Shown here: one piece after another, positions 17,601 to 25,798 of the stretch
Layout of the letters: the number at the start of each line of letters is the position of its first letter
Position numbering within the stretch: position 1 is the first letter of the stretch
Source of the DNA: Dehalococcoidia bacterium
GTDB lineage: Bacteria; Chloroflexota; Dehalococcoidia; UBA2979
Length of the DNA stretch: 63,672 nt
Reading direction: 5' to 3'
NCBI GenBank assembly: GCA_003599735.1
Contig: QZJI01000057.1
Location: 1-63,672, forward strand
Translations under genes and position numbers: made by a program
The notes under the pieces: generated by a model
What the model saw: the letters and a program-made list of their open reading frames with translations, nothing else
Databases searched by the model: none
Told to the model about the DNA's origin: nothing

Positions 17601-20244
17601 CGTAATAGCGATCGGTGATGGTTCTCACGATCCCACGAAGGAGCGACTGCGGCGGAGCTTCGGTGCGTAGGCCCATTACGAGTTCCAGCAGCACGACCGG
17701 ATCGGACAACTCGCCCTGACGAATGACTCGGTTCACTTCGCGCTGCGCGTCGAGCGATTCTCCGGCGCGCAGCTCAGGTCGGAGACGCACACGCAGCGAC
17801 CGCGCTGCTATTAGGACTCCGAGGAACAGGTCCTCGAGGCTGAGCGAACTCTTCACAGCGTCAACGCGCCGAAGATCCTTCATTCCTGCCAAGATCAGAG
17901 GACGGAGCACATCCTGCATCGAGTAGGTCTGCAGATTCGGCGCCAGCCGTGCCGCCGTTTGTCGCGAGTCGGAGAAGGTCAACACCTTTCGACCACGGAG
18001 AGGCGCGAAGTCCGAGTATGCCTGGCTCGCCGGCTGCACTTGGAGCTGTCGAGCGACTAGCGCCTGGAACGGCTGATCGCCCTTCGTTTGATGATCCTGG
18101 ACCGAAGATCGGCCGTATCCGGCGAACTGCTTGCAAACTCCGCACGGCCTGAATTCACCCCCCGATCCGTCGATCGACGGGCCCCCTTCATCGTCGTCTT
18201 CCGCGGAAGCGGCGTCTCCGCTGCTCCGGTCGCGCTTGAGAAAGACCTGCCGCGTCCGGTCGCCAGGCATCCAGGGATTCAGGCGGCCGGTCACAAGATC
18301 GAGTTGGAATGGCTCTACGAGTTCTGGAATCGGGTCTTCTAGGCAGAGGTCGAGTGGCAGGAGTTCGGTCACGAGTCCGCCAGCAGTGAGAAACCGCTCG
18401 CCCGGCTCTGACCAGAGGTAGTTCGGGTGGGTAAGGTCATCGGTGTACGCGCGGGCGTAGGCTGCGCCGCAACTGCGGCACGTATACAACTCAAAGACCC
18501 GCGCACCGCATGCACATGTGTCCTGAGGTTGGGCGAAAAGCTGCCCCACTGGGCGTGGTGCTCCCGGACGCACTGCAGAGCACGCTGGATCGATGCACGC
18601 CCAGAGACCGGGAAGTCCACGGAAGAAGGAGTGAACACGACAGGGAAGCAGGCTCGGTTCGCTCGCGTCGCGTTTCGCAGCGCTCCCAAGCGAGATCAGC
18701 GCAGTCAACGCGCGATCGGCCACTTCCTTCTCGGCCGTCGGGAAAATTAGCGCTCCCAGGCTGTCGAGGCGCTGCGCCGCCTGCATGGTGAGGTTCACCA
18801 ACAGGCTCATCGGTGGGTACTGCGCGAGTGCTTCGAACAGCGTCTGAGGGAGAGAGGATGTGGTGGACGTCGCCCGGAACCTTAAGAACGGCTCGATCAG
18901 AGCACGTTTGAGCTCATCGTCATCGGCCTCGGCGAACCCATCGAGATCGAGAGCTGCCAGGACACGGGCATCGGCTTCGGAACCATGCCCTTCGCTCGGT
19001 CGGAGAGCGAGATCACCGGTGATGGTCTCAAAATCGTGCTCGCGTTTGCCCGACAACTGAGCTGCGAAGGCATTCGCCAATGTTGGGTCGCCGAAACTCG
19101 CGCTCGTGCAGATCACTTGCAGGCGGTCTGCGGGAATGCCAAGTCGCGCGCGAAGACGACGAAGGAGGAGGCCAACCTCGGCGCCTGCGGCACCTCGGTA
19201 AAGGTGTGCCTCATCGATCACGAGGAGCAGCCGCTCATCGGGATTCTCGGCCAGCCACCGGCGTGTCAGGTCGAAGATTGGACGTTCGAGGGGACGCATG
19301 AGCATGTACTCGAGCATCGAGTAGTTCGTCACCAACACGTCGGGCGGCGCGGCCAGCACTTCGTGTCGAGTTAGAAGTTCTGGGTCCTCTGGAAGCATGA
19401 CGGCACGTACAAAGTCACCGTTCGAGCTCTGCCATCGCGTGCCTGACTTCCCGTACCAACGTTCCAGATCGGGCTTGGCGGGCCATTTGCCCCGCGCCTG
19501 CAGCGTGTCCATCAAAGTTGCTGCGGCATCCCGCGCCTCAGATGGGTCGCCAGACGCCTTCTCGAGTAGTTCGACGTAAAACTGTCCAAGGGGACGGAGC
19601 TTGGCTTGGTCCTTCGTCGAGGTGCGAACACCGGGATAGAGCGTTCGACTCGTGTACCGCGCGAAGCGAGCCGGACGTCCGGACCATCGATTGAAGGCAG
19701 CCCGCACTCCCGAATCTCCGAGCATGAGACGGAGCCGTCCGAGTTGGTCGTTAACGAGCGCGTTCATTGGATACAGGACTATCGCTCGCAACGACGGAAC
19801 GGCGAACGACTTCGGGCGGTCCGCCGCCTCGATGGCGAGCTTCCCCAAGATCGGTAGCAAGAACGACTCGGTCTTCCCGGAGCCGGTGCCGGTTGTGACC
19901 ACAAGACTTCGCTTGTCGTTCAAGCTGACGGTGAGAGCCTTCCCCTGGTGGTCATAGGGAGGGTCGTGAAGAAGCGCCGAACCGTCGTCCCGATGCGCCA
20001 TGCTGTGAAGCAATTCCGCCGCCGGCGTCGGGAGACCGAGATCGCTGAAGGGCGTACCAGACTGATATCTCGGCGTGGACTCGATGTACGGAACTTGGAA
20101 GATGACGCCAGGTTGGTCGAGCAATGCGCCGCGATCGCGAACGACCTCCTCACTTCCAATGTGGTAGGCCGCCTCGATGTAGTCGCGTAGCGCATTGCGG
20201 ATCTCGTCAATCGTCCCCGAGATTGTTGCCGGACGGGTCGTCAT
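14674..20244 (-). CDS. Giant DEAD/DEAH helicase with C-terminal DUF1998/MZB domain (COG1205, DruE-like), 1856 aa
   Basis: Motif I TGTGSGKTESFLLPIL, motif II VIDEAHLYRG, motif [12 protein letters not shown]. Several CxxC zinc ribbons. C-terminal CPSNCDRSCYRCLRSFRNRFEH. Start set at ATG 20244 (MTTRPATISG), 5 nt after the upstream stop. Confidence 0.85.
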   Translation of the reverse strand: MTTRPATISGTIDEIRNALRDYIEAAYHIGSEEVVRDRGALLDQPGVIFQVPYIESTPRYQSGTPFSDLGLPTPAAELLHSMAHRDDGSALLHDPPYDHQGKALTVSLNDKRSLVVTTGTGSGKTESFLLPILGKLAIEAADRPKSFAVPSLRAIVLYPMNALVNDQLGRLRLMLGDSGVRAAFNRWSGRPARFARYTSRTLYPGVRTSTKDQAKLRPLGQFYVELLEKASGDPSEARDAAATLMDTLQARGKWPAKPDLERWYGKSGTRWQSSNGDFVRAVMLPEDPELLTRHEVLAAPPDVLVTNYSMLEYMLMRPLERPIFDLTRRWLAENPDERLLLVIDEAHLYRGAAGAEVGLLLRRLRARLGIPADRLQVICTSASFGDPTLANAFAAQLSGKREHDFETITGDLALRPSEGHGSEADARVLAALDLDGFAEADDDELKRALIEPFLRFRATSTTSSLPQTLFEALAQYPPMSLLVNLTMQAAQRLDSLGALIFPTAEKEVADRALTALISLGSAAKRDASEPSLLPCRVHSFFRGLPGLWACIDPACSAVRPGAPRPVGQLFAQPQDTCACGARVFELYTCRSCGAAYARAYTDDLTHPNYLWSEPGERFLTAGGLVTELLPLDLCLEDPIPELVEPFQLDLVTGRLNPWMPGDRTRQVFLKRDRSSGDAASAEDDDEGGPSIDGSGGEFRPCGVCKQFAGYGRSSVQDHQTKGDQPFQALVARQLQVQPASQAYSDFAPLRGRKVLTFSDSRQTAARLAPNLQTYSMQDVLRPLILAGMKDLRRVDAVKSSLSLEDLFLGVLIAARSLRVRLRPELRAGESLDAQREVNRVIRQGELSDPVVLLELVMGLRTEAPPQSLLRGIVRTITDRYYGLQSLALASLAEREGLRKQVLERVPTIGGVASDDAEKLALVRAWLNQWTVPGIWFADMPDGWWQAKDGVRSHTGKFEAIRRWLPTPASRREFERGWLPVLLEIFCEGVAGGKYRMRARHVTLETDGEWAYCQTCRTTQRPFPGVQRCINCARDRVKIVDPDSDPVFAARKAYYRGSSVRALREPPESPMAIIAAEHTAQLNTAQADEVFSKSEEHELLFQDVDLGPTIPGQSRTAIDVLSSTTTMEVGIDIGVLSGVALRNMPPARSNYQQRAGRAGRRGNAVATVIAFGSADSHDEHYFSEPEMMVRGPVSDPLLTLDNPEIARRHLTAFLLQRYHYERLPEIPPEDQRQLFEVLGTVPDFRGDTSALNRRDFEDWLRTNQSMLAAEADDWLPHELAGTDRSGLLAGIVDATLAAIDKAIDVGDASRDSGDADTSDGATGNAADDDAESVEVQSEPGEEKTDASRAARNLLDRLLYRGVLPRYAFPTDVVSFYVFNRNESTRFRPVFQYSPSQGLPVALTQYAPGKEVWVDGKLWTAGALYSPMRSELYDEWHDRRLYFECSICHFARTEPYSTAERGEVRVCPACGNAGTFGPARNWMRPPGFAHPVNVDEGTSPDDSPARSYATRAKLIAGEPSEDSSWSPLTARLREHYVRTDLLVTNTGPRQDGYSYCTRCGLIEPTAIPTGRTSAPHAKPYPDMREPECPGGASTQGLVLGTDFISDVLLVSIQVEQPLTLRPGYLATDVSLRTVSEALTIAATTMLEIEPGELQAEYRPALTQLGHEGLEAEIYLYDTLSGGAGFTRRARDLGRGLFEQALKLLETCPSNCDRSCYRCLRSFRNRFEHDLLDRHLGSTLLRYVLFDEAPQIDSGRAEAAADRLFTDLVRQEDHGVRFERDAALDIPGIGSFIAPILATSSIGSFIIALHGPLTPGTPIDPALVEAMEFGDSVAVVLVDQLIIERNLPEASRFVVRSVS

Positions 20245-20249
20245 CGTTC

Positions 20250-21338
20250 CTAAACCTCCACGTCGATGTCTAGCCAGAGCATCTTCGTGACGAAGGCGAG
20301 CTCCTCTTCGACCTCTCCCGGCATCAAGGCGTACGACACAAGCGCACCTCGAGCGGCGATTGGTAAACCGCGCCTGTCCCAGCGGCGTTGAAGCCAACTT
20401 GGCGGCGGTGCGAATAGCGAGAGTACATTCACGCTCGCGTCGCGTGTTACTCGAACGCGCTGCGGATGTCCGCGTACCGCGTCGATGGCCGCCTGTAAAT
20501 GCCAAGCTTCATCGGCACCTCTTGCGAGCGATCCATCCAGCGGAAAATCGACGAAGCGTTGTGGTTGCCCCCCTACCACCTCGACATAGCACCAGAGATC
20601 ACTCCCGTAGGCCTGAGTACGCCGAGCGACGTACCTGCCCGTGTCGCGGGCGGAGGGTTCTCGCCAGCGACCCTTGTAATAGTTCGTGGGTGCCGCTGCA
20701 TCGAGTAGCCGGAGTCCGGGGATCTCCCCTGACGGTCCGGCAGCCTCGAGGTGAAGATCCTTCTCTCGCAGTACGTCGATCGCTGGCGCCATCAACGGGC
20801 ACCTGAGCCAGACCTCTTGACTAACCTCGTGTAGCCCGTAGTCGTCGAGAAGCGTCGCAATGTCGGTCCCCGAGGCCGCGTTGATGATGCGGAGGTGGTG
20901 TTCATGCTCGATGAGTACCGCAAGGGATTCGCCCACGAGGGAGGCTCCTTCCGGTCGCACCCCAAGTAGAAGAAATGCCCCTCCTGACCTCCGAACAAAC
21001 GCGGGCGGGCCGAGGTAGAGCATCCGCCGCCGACGCAGCGTCGCGTTGTCAACCTCTGAGACCTCCAGCAGGTCGCCGGACGCAACTAAGGACTCAAGGA
21101 TTCCCGCGAGGGTCTCGCGCAAGGACGGGCCATCGCCGGCGAGCCCCTCCAGCGGTCTCGCGGTCAAGGCCACGAGCCCGGCAGGAGTGATCGGACAACG
21201 GAAGGACGCCGTTCGGCGAAGTGCTGCAGCGAGCGCCTCGTGGGCTGTGAGGTCCATCGCCGTAGCGTCGAGACCAAGCGCGTCGGTGCAAGCAGCCATT
21301 ACCTCGGCGGGGGTCAGAATGTCTACTCCCATGACCAC
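20250..21338 (-). CDS. Hypothetical protein (362 aa), coupled to the DruE-like helicase
   Basis: Long ORF overlapping the upstream gene by 16 nt and ending 5 nt before the helicase ATG. No domain recognised. Confidence 0.6.
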   Translation of the reverse strand: MVMGVDILTPAEVMAACTDALGLDATAMDLTAHEALAAALRRTASFRCPITPAGLVALTARPLEGLAGDGPSLRETLAGILESLVASGDLLEVSEVDNATLRRRRMLYLGPPAFVRRSGGAFLLLGVRPEGASLVGESLAVLIEHEHHLRIINAASGTDIATLLDDYGLHEVSQEVWLRCPLMAPAIDVLREKDLHLEAAGPSGEIPGLRLLDAAAPTNYYKGRWREPSARDTGRYVARRTQAYGSDLWCYVEVVGGQPQRFVDFPLDGSLARGADEAWHLQAAIDAVRGHPQRVRVTRDASVNVLSLFAPPPSWLQRRWDRRGLPIAARGALVSYALMPGEVEEELAFVTKMLWLDIDVEV

Positions 21339-24300
21339 CCCCGATAGGAGAGCAGCGAGTCGGGGGCGGCGCTCGCGTAGTGGGTCGCGAGAACGAGGTA
21401 GCGCGCGGCCCGCAGGATGAAGGGCACTTCCAGGGCAATCGTCAATGCCTGTTCGATGTCATCTGCCCCTGCCCACGTGTCGAGCGTCCCTGGGGAACTC
21501 GCGAGGCGCAGCACGAATTCTGCGAGCCAACGGCGGTCTACCGGTTCGGAATGAAGCACCGCGCGGCTGAGCTCCGCGAACTCGCGCACGCGCTCCGGGG
21601 TCGACAACGTCGGCGAACTGTTCACAAGTTGCTTCAGATCCAATCGGAAGCCACTGTGCTCTCCCGGACGCGCGAGCGCGGCGTCCAGTTGCACGCGCTC
21701 GATGGACTGGTCCTCCTCGACGCGCGCCTCGGCCTGTTCCCACCAACCGCCTCCTATCACCCCCGCGATCGCTTGAGGGAAGGCGCGTACAACACGGTCT
21801 CGTCCGGCCGCTGCGAATGGATTGCCAGGAACCTCTGCCTGAGCCCATGCCGCCGTGGTGCTGATCCAAGCCCGAAGGGCTTCGAGGGTACGACTCCGGG
21901 TCAGGAAACGCGGGGGCACGCTCATCCGCTGTAGGTCGACAAGGCCTCGGATGAGTGGAGGCATGATCGACGTCGCCACGTACCCGGCACTGCGTGCGAC
22001 GTAGAGTCCGCCGGCACCGGCGCGGAAAAGCCCATCTTCGCCGACGTCGACGACGGTAGTCGCGTCGGGCTGGTCGAAATCGAGGTGCTCAACGCGGACC
22101 ACCTGATCACCCACGTTATCGTGGAGTCGCAGGAAGTAGCCGTTGCGATCCTCACCTGAACCCCATCGGAGAGGAACGAATGCGCGCTCACACTGAAGCG
22201 ACACAGCCCCCAACTCGGCGTGCGTGATCTCGATCACACCACGATTCGCGCTGTCGTACCCCTGATAGACGTCCTTTGCCTGGCGAAAGTCGCGATCGAA
22301 GATCTCCCGCCAGACGTGCGCGGCGATCGGAAGCGTGAGGGGGCCCAACTGCTTGTGGGCGATCCGTTCCGATCCCCGCTCGAGCGATACCCCTACCTCC
22401 ACTGCGACACCTGACGGGCCGAGGACATCGATGGTGGCGCGGCCCTCCCACAAGTCTTCAAGAGTCGGGGACGCCGGCCCAGCGAGAATGAGGAGAGCTT
22501 CGCGGTAGGTCCCACTTGCCGCCCGGACTCGTGGCTCTCGAACGACGATTTCGAGGTAACCCTCAACGGGCGGCGCAGTCGCGTCATCGAGCAGCAGGGC
22601 AACGCGCACCATGTGCGAGCCCACATCGAGTCCCGTGAAGCGAACGTAGGCGGATTCGCTCCGCCCGCTCGGCCATCCAACGCGCACCGGCTCCCCGCCG
22701 TCGAGGATGACGCCGCAATGGCGGACTGCGAGCGTCGACGTAATGCCCAGAATGGGCTCGTCACCGACGACCCATTCGCCGCTCCCTTCTCCGTCCCACG
22801 AAGCCGGTTCCAGTCCCGCCGGTCTCACGTCCACACCCGTCGTGACCCCGATGTTTAGGCGGGCAATCTCAAGGACATCTGCCGAAGAGATTTCGGCCGG
22901 CACCGACATCGTGTACGCGTACACCCCCGCGCAGTCGGCTGATGTGGGAGCGATCCAAGCTGGCAGCTGATCGAACTGGCGCTCCGTGATGAGGATGTAT
23001 TCGTGTCCCGGCCGAACCGCCTTCGTTCGAACCTCGGTAGCGTTTGTCGGACCAGCGAGCCTGAAGACCCAACAAGGACCGGCCGTAAATCGGCATTCGT
23101 CGGCCAGAAGTTGGTTTAGGTGGGCCTCACATTTCTCGAGTTGCAACACCGGGACGTCCGCTCCAGGCCACCTATCCAGTTCGACGCGGAGACCGACATA
23201 AAGGAGGTAGCTGGGCGGCAGCGGCGGTCGCCTTGTCATGCCGGCGACCATGCAGCGAGAGGTGGAGAGTGCAACCTCAAGCTCAGGGAAGCGCGCAATG
23301 AGAGGAGCGAAGTCCGGGGGTTCGACGAGAAGCTGCCACCCTACGGCGTTTCGCTGAAGCCCAAACTTCGCTGGAGCAACCGGCCGAGCTTCGCTGCCGC
23401 GCTCGTCGGGCCGACCGACGGATGGCGCGCTCCGGACGGCATGGGTCGCGAGCCCCCGGAGCTGAACCTTCGCCGCCGAAGTCCTCGCGTCCGTGAGCCA
23501 TCGTCGAGCCTCGCGCTCTGCCGATAGGTCGGAAACGATGCGTCGGAGCGTCGAGGCCAGCAAGAGAGGCGTTTCGCCAGCATCGACTAGGAGGGCGGAC
23601 GCGACCTGGCCGAGCAACGCGGTGTTCTGACAGAAGACGCGAAAGCGGGCTGAGGTCCTCACCGCCCGAGCCGCGAGTCTCACGCCGAGCTCGTTGGGGT
23701 TCGCGAGGAGGTTCGCAGTTAGGTGATGGCGGTACTCATACAACAACCGGGCGAGATGAAGTTGGAGATCGGTTGGTAGGACCGCGTGGGTGATAGGCCA
23801 GCAGATGTTGGTGAACTGCCCCGCCCATGCACCCTGCGGCTGAGCTCCTCCGAATGCGGATGCGAACTCTTTGAATCGATCCCGGAGCCAGGTGCGGTCG
23901 CCGTACCGCGTCCAGCCAGGAGTGGTCGCTTCGAAGGTCTGCCAGTATTCCTCGCCCTCATAGTGGTAGCCGACTTCCGCGGCGTAGACGAGGAGCGCCA
24001 GTGCCCATTTCCGTGATGGCGGTCCCTTCTGCAGGGCGGCGCGCACGTTCGAGCGGACTGTCTCGAGTTCGCTGGGATCGAGGCCGTGCTCGAGGATGAA
24101 TACCGGCCCTGTCCCCACCTGAATTGCGCGCACCGCGCGAAGCTCGCCGAAATGCGTGCTGAGCCTGTCGCTCAGGGCTTCGAGGATTCCAGCAGGCCCA
24201 ACGGGGACATGAACAGGCGCGCGAGGGGACTCCCCCAAGGTGCGTTCCGGTTCCTGGGACGCGGAAGGTCCATTCATCGCGACTACCAAACGTGGATCGG

Positions 24301-24376
24301 CACGCGTCAGAGTCGGCTGACGACCGCTGAGCCGCTGTTGGCGCCTCGCGACGCCATCCCCCAGCTCTGAGCCCAT
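21323..24376 (-). CDS. Large hypothetical protein (1017 aa), first gene of the DruE-like operon
   Basis: Uninterrupted 3-kb ORF. A perfect TATAAT lies 40 nt upstream. No catalytic motif recognised. An alternative start is MNGPS, 33 codons in. Confidence 0.6.
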   Translation of the reverse strand: MGSELGDGVARRQQRLSGRQPTLTRADPRLVVAMNGPSASQEPERTLGESPRAPVHVPVGPAGILEALSDRLSTHFGELRAVRAIQVGTGPVFILEHGLDPSELETVRSNVRAALQKGPPSRKWALALLVYAAEVGYHYEGEEYWQTFEATTPGWTRYGDRTWLRDRFKEFASAFGGAQPQGAWAGQFTNICWPITHAVLPTDLQLHLARLLYEYRHHLTANLLANPNELGVRLAARAVRTSARFRVFCQNTALLGQVASALLVDAGETPLLLASTLRRIVSDLSAEREARRWLTDARTSAAKVQLRGLATHAVRSAPSVGRPDERGSEARPVAPAKFGLQRNAVGWQLLVEPPDFAPLIARFPELEVALSTSRCMVAGMTRRPPLPPSYLLYVGLRVELDRWPGADVPVLQLEKCEAHLNQLLADECRFTAGPCWVFRLAGPTNATEVRTKAVRPGHEYILITERQFDQLPAWIAPTSADCAGVYAYTMSVPAEISSADVLEIARLNIGVTTGVDVRPAGLEPASWDGEGSGEWVVGDEPILGITSTLAVRHCGVILDGGEPVRVGWPSGRSESAYVRFTGLDVGSHMVRVALLLDDATAPPVEGYLEIVVREPRVRAASGTYREALLILAGPASPTLEDLWEGRATIDVLGPSGVAVEVGVSLERGSERIAHKQLGPLTLPIAAHVWREIFDRDFRQAKDVYQGYDSANRGVIEITHAELGAVSLQCERAFVPLRWGSGEDRNGYFLRLHDNVGDQVVRVEHLDFDQPDATTVVDVGEDGLFRAGAGGLYVARSAGYVATSIMPPLIRGLVDLQRMSVPPRFLTRSRTLEALRAWISTTAAWAQAEVPGNPFAAAGRDRVVRAFPQAIAGVIGGGWWEQAEARVEEDQSIERVQLDAALARPGEHSGFRLDLKQLVNSSPTLSTPERVREFAELSRAVLHSEPVDRRWLAEFVLRLASSPGTLDTWAGADDIEQALTIALEVPFILRAARYLVLATHYASAAPDSLLSYRGWSWE

Positions 24377-24416
24377 CCCACGTCCGTGTTTTCACGTCAG
24401 GGGGCAACCCGGCCGC

Positions 24417-24422
24417 ATTATA
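24417..24422 (-). promoter_or_regulatory. Candidate -10 box (TATAAT) for the 1017-aa/DruE-like operon
   Basis: + strand ATTATA equals minus-strand TATAAT, about 40 nt upstream of ATG 24376. Rare in this GC-rich context. The -35 is weak. Confidence 0.3.
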
Positions 24423-24796
24423 TGCGTACCTGCTCAGCGTTCGGGAGCGACGTCTGTGTCCGAGACCGAGGCGTCCGCGGTGAGTCTCAATGCAACTTGG
24501 GATGGGCGCGGCGGAGCAGGATTCGGCGGTATCGCCGAGCAGTGGCCCCCTCGAGGCTTTACACCGCGAGCGCGACGCGAAACGGCACACATCCCTTTTC
24601 GCACGACCGCGTAGTCATGCCAATGTTCACGTACAGGAAGCAGTCCCCCCGACGAGCCGGCTAGGGCAGGGGAGGCCAGCCCGAGCGAGTGGGCGTCGCA
24701 TCGAGGCAGTACCTGAGCGTCCGATCGCTCTAGATCGATGCGGGAGTGCGAGCCAGGGCATCGAATTAGCCAAACCTGGAGATCCCTGCGTCGTCG

Positions 24797-25798
24797 TCAC
24801 AGCAGGCGCCGGGACTCCATCCGCTCGACGTTCCCCTTCTCGAACATCAAGTCACTTACCTCTGAGAACGGTAGCGCTCCTCGTCGGAAGCGATCGAGGG
24901 CGTCTTCAACCTGGGCCGGTGTCAGTACGCCATCGGCATACGCTTCGAGGGGAAGACCGAGCACGGCAGCCGCGTCTCCAAGTACTTGCACAAGCGCTTC
25001 CTCCGCTTGTGCCCTCAGTGATGCCCGGAAATGCAGGAACCTGAGCTCTCGCTCGAAGTGCGCGTAATCGTTCAGCACCCGGCGGTCGCCCATGAAGATC
25101 TCACGGGCGGTCCAGCCGATCGTATGTGTTGCCTGCAGAGCCAAAAGGTCGCGGAGACGAATGTGCTCCTGCACATCGAACGTCGGCGCATCCGCATCCA
25201 TCCCCATCCACTTCGCATCCACCCAATCAGGTGTCAGCTTCTCGGGGATCGCGCCCAACTCACGGAACATCTCGTCAAGCTCGTCACCCGAGTAACGTGA
25301 TGGAAGTTCGACATGTATGAGCCGCGCGGCGGAGAGGTCAACGTCCGTCACACCGCCATAGTCAATGGAGTAGTGAGGCGGAATGTCCTCCGCTCTGGGC
25401 AATACCTGTCGCTTCCTGCCAGATACGGGATCCTCCGCGAGCCCGTGCACGATGGCGACCTCGAACAATCGCTCACGTGTCATGCCTCCGCGTCGTGGCT
25501 CAGGTGCCCGTCCCGCGTCAACCGCGAGCTCAATCCAAACTTCGTGGTCAACGAACAGTCGGCGTGCCACATCTCGGACGAAGTCGTCTGCTCCGCTGTC
25601 TTGGTAGGAGAGACTCAGCGACTCCTCAAGCGCCCATTGTTGTTCGGCTGGCTCTACCACCAGCCGATATGCATCGTTTCTGCTCGTCCGATACGGAACA
25701 ACCCCGTTCGAGACATCTTGAAAGAGCATTTGCGCGTTCAGGCTCTGGGGATAATGTCGCCCACCGGTCGGGACCCACCGAGAGATGCGTTCAGGCAT
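24797..25798 (-). CDS. Hypothetical protein (333 aa)
   Basis: Track ORF 24797..25984 trimmed to ATG 25798 (MPERISRW), which overlaps the upstream gene stop (25791-25793) by 8 nt. No domain recognised. Confidence 0.5.
   Translation of the reverse strand: MPERISRWVPTGGRHYPQSLNAQMLFQDVSNGVVPYRTSRNDAYRLVVEPAEQQWALEESLSLSYQDSGADDFVRDVARRLFVDHEVWIELAVDAGRAPEPRRGGMTRERLFEVAIVHGLAEDPVSGRKRQVLPRAEDIPPHYSIDYGGVTDVDLSAARLIHVELPSRYSGDELDEMFRELGAIPEKLTPDWVDAKWMGMDADAPTFDVQEHIRLRDLLALQATHTIGWTAREIFMGDRRVLNDYAHFERELRFLHFRASLRAQAEEALVQVLGDAAAVLGLPLEAYADGVLTPAQVEDALDRFRRGALPFSEVSDLMFEKGNVERMESRRLL

Noticed and set aside
6685-20244. A DISARM system (SNF2 helicase plus adenine MTase plus DUF1998 helicase)
   Set aside because: No PLD (DrmC) gene is present. 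Helicase and DUF1998 are fused in one 1856-aa protein, which is DruE-like rather than split DrmA/DrmB. The MTase/SNF2 pair is separated from it by ParB-like, DUF4338 and nuclease genes, lies on the opposite strand and has a different GC content.
20245-20505. 87-codon N-terminal extension of the giant helicase ORF (track start 20505)
   Set aside because: It overlaps the 3' end of the 362-aa gene and is Arg-rich low-complexity sequence. ATG 20244 (MTTRPATISG) sits 5 nt after the upstream stop and begins the conserved YprA-like N-terminus.
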